From: Lama glama
Taxonomy: Eukaryota
DNA length: 64,000 bases
Assembly: GCA_028534125.1 (NCBI GenBank)
Contig: CM052817.1
Span: 4,156,001-4,220,000 of the forward strand
Direction of reading: 5' to 3'
The notes beneath the pieces are model-generated. The model searched no databases and was not told the origin of the DNA. It saw only the letters and a list, made by a program, of their open reading frames with translations. Positions within the stretch are counted from its first letter, which is position 1; each line of letters starts with the position of its first letter. Made by a program: the position numbers and the translations under genes. This document shows, one piece after another, positions 62,687-64,000 of this stretch.

Positions 62687-63715
62687 CAGGATTACCCAAG
62701 TGTGATCACGAGACCTCCAGCATCACATCACCTGGGAGCTCTGTGGAAATGCAGACTCGCAGGCCCCAACGCAGGGGTTCAGCATCACTCAGGGAGGGGC
62801 CAGCTAGGAAATATTCAAGGAACTTGTTCTCATGCACGGTAAAGTTTGAGAGGCGCTGCATTAAACTGTCTCCTAGTCTTGCTCGCAGTGGCTGAGTCAG
62901 CTTGCAACCCAGGCTCGTGACTCTGGTCTTGATATTCAGAGTGTCCTGCATGCAGCACAGTGTCACTTTAAACAGGACCTGGGCCTCGTCCCCTGGGCAG
63001 ATGAAAGCATCTAATCCAAAGGTGGTAGTGGGGGGTGGGGGAAGGGAGAGGGGAGGAAGGGTGGGTTTTCTCACTCTTCATTGTGTGCTTGAATCCCCTG
63101 GGCATCTTGTTAAAATGCAGGTTCTGATTCAGTGGGCCTGGGGTGGTGCCTGTATCTCTTACAGGATCCCAGTGATGCTGGCACTGCTCGCCTGTGGACC
63201 CACTTTGAGTGGCAGAGCCCTAGGCAAGAGGTTGTCAGACTTGAACTAGCATCAGTGGCACCTGGAGGGCTAGCTAAACTCAACCCCAAGTTTCAGATTC
63301 AGCAGGTCTGGGATGGGCCTGAAATCTTACAATCTAGCTTCCTGGTGATACCAGTGCTCCTGGCCTGGAGGCCACACCTGGAGCAGGCAGGGCCCGAAGC
63401 CAGTGACTTCCGCTTAGGCTGCACATTAGAATCACCCGAGGACCTTAAAAAACCACTGAGGCCTGGACCTCACTCCGAGAGATTCGAAATCAGTGGGGCT
63501 GATTGGAGGCTGAGCATCGGGAATTCGCAGCCAAGAACCACCTCTCCAGAGTCATTTTTTCTACCCTAATTGCCGGGGGAGGTGAGAATATCATACCATT
63601 CTTGTGCCCATCCCAGGAGAGTCTGATTCAGTGGCTAAGTGGGGCCAGGCAGAGGCATGAACAATAAACTCTCCAGGTTTTTCCAGTGAGCCCTGGGGCT
63701 GAGAATGGCTGATCT
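62687..63715. mobile_element. Cluster of about five MER5A/MER5B copies
   Basis: Repeated atcacctggg / aaatgcaga / tctgattcagt / tttgag motifs at ~62690, 63065, 63230, 63400 and 63600. Confidence 0.7.
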
Positions 63716-63863
63716 GGACAAAGAGGTCCTGCCTGGTTCCTTGAGGCTCCTGTGCTGCTGGCTGTGGGCCCTGGGGGCCACTTCGTGCTCTGAGCCTCTC
63801 CTTCCTGCCCTGGGTGAAGGGAAGCACCTTGCAGTCAGGGAGGCCTATGCAGTGTGGGTGGGT

Positions 63864-64000
63864 GGGGAGAGTGTAGCTTAGTGCTAGAGTGCAGGCTTAG
63901 CGTGCATGGGGTCCTGGGTTCAATCTCCATTACCTCCACTTAAAATAAATAAACCTAATTACCTACTTCCCCCCTCCAAAACAAACAAAAAAATCCAAAA
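63864..64000 (+). mobile_element. Camelid vic-1-type SINE
   Basis: ggggagagtgtagcttagtgctagagtgc...gtcctgggttcaatctccattacctcca...aaataaacctaattacct plus an A-rich tail. Confidence 0.85.

Larger units (their letters stand above)
36523..64000 (+). other. JAKMIP1: First intron (partial) of the same gene
   Basis: Follows the donor; repeat-rich, with no recognisable coding exon before the window end. Confidence 0.55.

Noticed and set aside
1..64000. ORF-track ORFs as protein-coding genes
   Set aside because: Eukaryotic intron/intergenic DNA. None resembles a protein I recognise other than L1 fragments, and many use non-ATG starts or overlap repeats.
1..64000. CRISPR arrays, operons or prokaryotic defence systems
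   Set aside because: No repeat-spacer arrays or gene-dense architecture; the sequence is clearly mammalian.

Overview
Mammalian genomic DNA, almost certainly a camelid (camel, alpaca or llama), judged by three vic-1-type tRNA-derived SINEs. No protein-coding exon could be supported: the ORF-track entries are chance ORFs, CpG-island ORFs, simple repeats or decayed L1. The window is rich in repeats (MIR, L2, old and young L1, MaLR/ERVL LTRs, two ERV1-type solo LTRs with 4-bp TSDs, hAT DNA transposons) and has two CpG islands, at ~21.0-22.0 kb and ~35.9-37.4 kb. The second island holds a + strand non-coding first exon ending at 36522. From memory (not by database search) it matches the 5' UTR of JAKMIP1, so 36.5-64 kb would be its long first intron and 1-36 kb upstream intergenic DNA. 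The most interesting signals are regulatory: a wide-spacer REST/RE1 site in the orphan CpG island plus a near-canonical RE1 at 13.6 kb; a complete 3' splice-site signature, an upstream ATG and tandem donors in the first exon; and an ETS/GC-box cluster at 55 kb that looks like an alternative promoter. I see no evidence of a new multi-gene system. The best hypothesis is a REST-controlled neuronal promoter paired with an ETS-driven internal promoter.
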